17,844 nt of DNA from a virus (lineage: Duplodnaviria; Heunggongvirae; Uroviricota; Caudoviricetes). Position numbers and translations under genes: made by a program. A model generated the notes under the pieces. The model saw only the letters and a list, made by a program, of their open reading frames with translations. It had not been told where the DNA came from and searched no databases. Numbering within the stretch: position 1 is the first letter of the stretch; every line of letters begins with the position of its first letter. The stretch is taken from IMG/VR virus record IMGVR_UViG_2547132253_000001; one strand, 5' to 3'. Shown here in pieces: positions 15,885 to 17,844 of this stretch.

Positions 15885-16754
15885 ATGGCTGTTCCGGTTA
15901 AGGTTCATAAAGAATATGATGAACTTGTCGATTTATTGCTGTCTCGGGGTATGGATGTGCCAGATCGCGAACATGCTATCAAGAAAATCTCACAAGTAGG
16001 CTACTACCGATTATCAGGCTTTTGGTACCCCTGCCGAATCCCCCATATAACAACAGACAATATTAGAACCAGACTCGATCAGGTTCGTCCAGGTACTAAT
16101 TTTCGCGCAGTATATGACCTCTATTTATTCGATAAAAATCTGCGTTTGCAGATGATGAATGCGTTAGAACGCATTGAGGTTTATGTTCGGTCAGTTATTG
16201 CTCATGAGCTTGGTAAGATATCTCCTTTAGCATATCTTGATGACTCGCTAATAAATCCAAAACACTTTAGACCACGTTCCCATGGTCGCCCAAGCGCCAG
16301 AGAAGAATGGATAAATAAACATAATGCCGAGATTGCTAAAAGTCGCGAAGACTTTATCAAATGGCATGAAAACAAGTACGAAGGTCTTCCTTTCTGGGTG
16401 GTTATTGAAGTGTGGGACTTCGGCTTAATGTCAAAGTATTATGCGATGCTAAAAGACAGCTATCGCAACAGGATACTATCTAGGCTAGGGATAGCGGCAG
16501 GCAATGGAGCTATCTTCCAAAACTGGCTTAGCGCAATGAATGTGCTAAGGAATCGGTGCGCTCACCATTCACGCATCTGGAACAAGGTCAACGAACCAAG
16601 ATTAATGCCTTTGCCAAATGAGCCGTACTTTGAACAATTAAATATGAATGATGATGCGTACGAAAGAATGTACGGAATGATCGCTGTGTTATGGTTTTTA
16701 GTGAAAAAAATTGGACCGGGATCTGACTGGATAAAAAAGTTGCCAACCTTGTAG
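15885..16754 (+). CDS. Abi_2 family (AbiD/AbiF-like) abortive-infection protein with HEPN-type R-x4-H motif, 289 aa
   Basis: N-terminal EYDELVDLLLSRGMDVPDREHAIKKISQVGYYRLSGFWYP matches the conserved Abi_2 N-terminal pattern as I recall it; LRNRCAHHSRIWN (nt about 16549-16572) carries an R-x4-H HEPN-like motif; ATG 15885, stop TAG 16752-16754. Confidence 0.8.
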   Translation: MAVPVKVHKEYDELVDLLLSRGMDVPDREHAIKKISQVGYYRLSGFWYPCRIPHITTDNIRTRLDQVRPGTNFRAVYDLYLFDKNLRLQMMNALERIEVYVRSVIAHELGKISPLAYLDDSLINPKHFRPRSHGRPSAREEWINKHNAEIAKSREDFIKWHENKYEGLPFWVVIEVWDFGLMSKYYAMLKDSYRNRILSRLGIAAGNGAIFQNWLSAMNVLRNRCAHHSRIWNKVNEPRLMPLPNEPYFEQLNMNDDAYERMYGMIAVLWFLVKKIGPGSDWIKKLPTL

Positions 16755-16847
16755 ATAACAAGCCTAACTTACCAGGATGTAACCTGACAGCCATGGGATT
16801 ACCTGATAATAACGGTTTCCCAAGGCATTTATTTGATATTGAATAAA

Positions 16848-17303
16848 TTATAGCGATGGCGCTGAATGTAGCGCCACTGATAACTTTTCAGCATTGCTTC
16901 CCTGACGCTTCCACGCGCTGTAAATATCTTTATCCCATGCCTTACCAGCTTTTGTTTGATAGCCTGCTTCATTGATCCGTTCAGCTATCACGCGCCCATT
17001 ATCAAATCCCTGTCGGATGGTATCGGCAATGATCTTTATAACTGCCGTTTCGTTATATGGCTTTGGTGGGATGTTCGGCTTTCCGGCAATAAGCGACGCA
17101 GCGGCTTTTTCCATGCGCTCCACCAGCCCAAGCATTCGTGAATCAATAGACTTTTCCGGCTGTCCCAGCTTCATGCGAATCGCATCAACAAGCCAGGAGG
17201 TTTTATCCCCTCCAGAAGCGAGAACAGACCGATTAAACTCATCCTGCAATTCAGATGGGATGCGGAACGCGACCAGATTAGATTTGCTCATTGCAAAGAC
17301 CAT
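16848..17303 (-). CDS. Putative DNA-binding regulator, 151 aa (N-terminal ribbon-helix-helix-like, C-terminal recombinase-type HTH-like segment)
   Basis: Minus-strand ORF convergent with the Abi gene; N-terminus SNLVAFRIPSELQDEFNRSV; C-terminal NGRVIAERINEAGYQTKAGKAWDKDIYSAWKRQ resembles the DNA-binding segment seen in serine-recombinase-associated domains. The start (first or second ATG) is uncertain. Confidence 0.55.
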   Translation of the reverse strand: MVFAMSKSNLVAFRIPSELQDEFNRSVLASGGDKTSWLVDAIRMKLGQPEKSIDSRMLGLVERMEKAAASLIAGKPNIPPKPYNETAVIKIIADTIRQGFDNGRVIAERINEAGYQTKAGKAWDKDIYSAWKRQGSNAEKLSVALHSAPSL

Positions 17304-17400
17304 ATCAGTGAGTAATATCCATACAGTATACCACTGTATAACACTGTTATACGCTCAAATATCAGCCAGAAAATAACGGACCAATCACAAAGCTATCGCT

Positions 17401-17529
17401 GTGTTGTTGGTTCAGAGCTGGGCTGTGTTGGTTCAAAATGAGTTGATGTTGGTTCAATATTTTAGAAAAAACACAATAAAAACAACGATCTTTACAAATT
17501 GAACCAACTGAACCAACTGAACCAACACC
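17401..17529. repeat. Second iteron cluster (crr-like), inverted relative to the ori cluster
   Basis: GTTGGTTCA at 17405-17413, 17427-17435, 17448-17456; AT-rich spacer; tandem TGAACCAAC x3 at 17500-17526; 17489-17529 is the exact reverse complement of 10244-10284 (41 bp). Confidence 0.7.
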
Positions 17530-17562
17530 TTTTTGCTTATCTATATAATCTGAGAGGCAGAA

Positions 17563-17844
17563 ATGATAAGGGACAGGAAAGCTGAAGAGCTGGAGTCAAA
17601 AGGGCTATACCGGAGAGCTGCCGCACGATGGATGGAAGTCATGCTGTTATGCACCGAGGACGATGATCGGGAATGGATAAAGCGCCGCCGTGAAACGTGT
17701 CTGGAGAACGTGAAGCGCCCGCCCGTGAAGGTTGAGGAATTTGGCGACCTGCATAAAGCTGTTACCGAAACGCAACACCGCATGGGGATAGCGCAACCGA
17801 ACGGTAACGCCTTCCGGTTAAATGGCGGCAAGAGGCAAAGGTAG
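17563..17844 (+). CDS. PerC-family-like small transcriptional regulator, 93 aa (family assignment tentative)
   Basis: ATG 17563 to TAG 17842-17844; MIRDRKAEELESKGLYRRAAARWMEV... resembles the PerC/Pch N-terminal motif as I recall it; SD-like GAGAGG upstream. Confidence 0.5.
   Translation: MIRDRKAEELESKGLYRRAAARWMEVMLLCTEDDDREWIKRRRETCLENVKRPPVKVEEFGDLHKAVTETQHRMGIAQPNGNAFRLNGGKRQR

Larger units (their letters stand above)
1445..17844 (+). mobile_element. P4-like integrative element (phage satellite / PICI-like island) inserted at thrW; right end not in window
   Basis: tRNA immediately followed by a tyrosine integrase, then AlpA regulator, antirepressor-like gene, Icd-like gene, zinc-finger/TOPRIM primase-helicase and iteron-type origin; this gene order is typical of P4-family elements. 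No second copy of the tRNA 3' end (attR) was found in the window. Confidence 0.75.

Noticed and set aside
16956-17376. Plus-strand ORFs 16956-17141 and 16972-17376 opposite the 151-aa regulator
   Set aside because: Antisense to a better-supported gene; no SD; composition not protein-like.
1-17844. Insertion sequences or transposase genes
   Set aside because: No transposase-like ORF or terminal inverted repeats with target duplications were seen; the only recombinase is the tRNA-adjacent tyrosine integrase.

Overview
Read from sequence alone (no searches run). The window starts with a complete proA gene (1-1254) followed by tRNA-Thr thrW (1369-1444). From there to the window end it is a P4-like integrative element (phage satellite / PICI-like island), whose right boundary lies beyond the window. 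Left to right the element carries: a tyrosine integrase next to the tRNA with repeat motifs in the attL region; a repeat-rich non-coding stretch; an AlpA-led operon (AlpA, hypothetical, AntA-like antirepressor, small protein); a terminator, putative promoter and highly structured leader ahead of an Icd-like gene; a run of translationally coupled small ORFs; and a 918-aa zinc-finger/TOPRIM primase-helicase. Directly after the primase is an origin-like cluster of 9-bp iterons (GTTGGTTCA) around an AT-rich spacer. A second iteron cluster sits about 7.2 kb downstream in inverted orientation, with a 41-bp perfect inverted match. Between the two clusters is a cargo region, the best candidate for something undescribed: an operon of a small putative DNA-binding protein plus three large Ala/Gln/Gly-rich proteins with no motifs I can recognise (the last two look joined by a -1 frameshift at a T_TTT_TTG site), a small secreted protein, an Abi_2/HEPN-type abortive-infection gene, and a convergent regulator. 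A PerC-like gene follows the second iteron cluster. All family assignments rest on recalled motifs and need HMM/BLAST confirmation.
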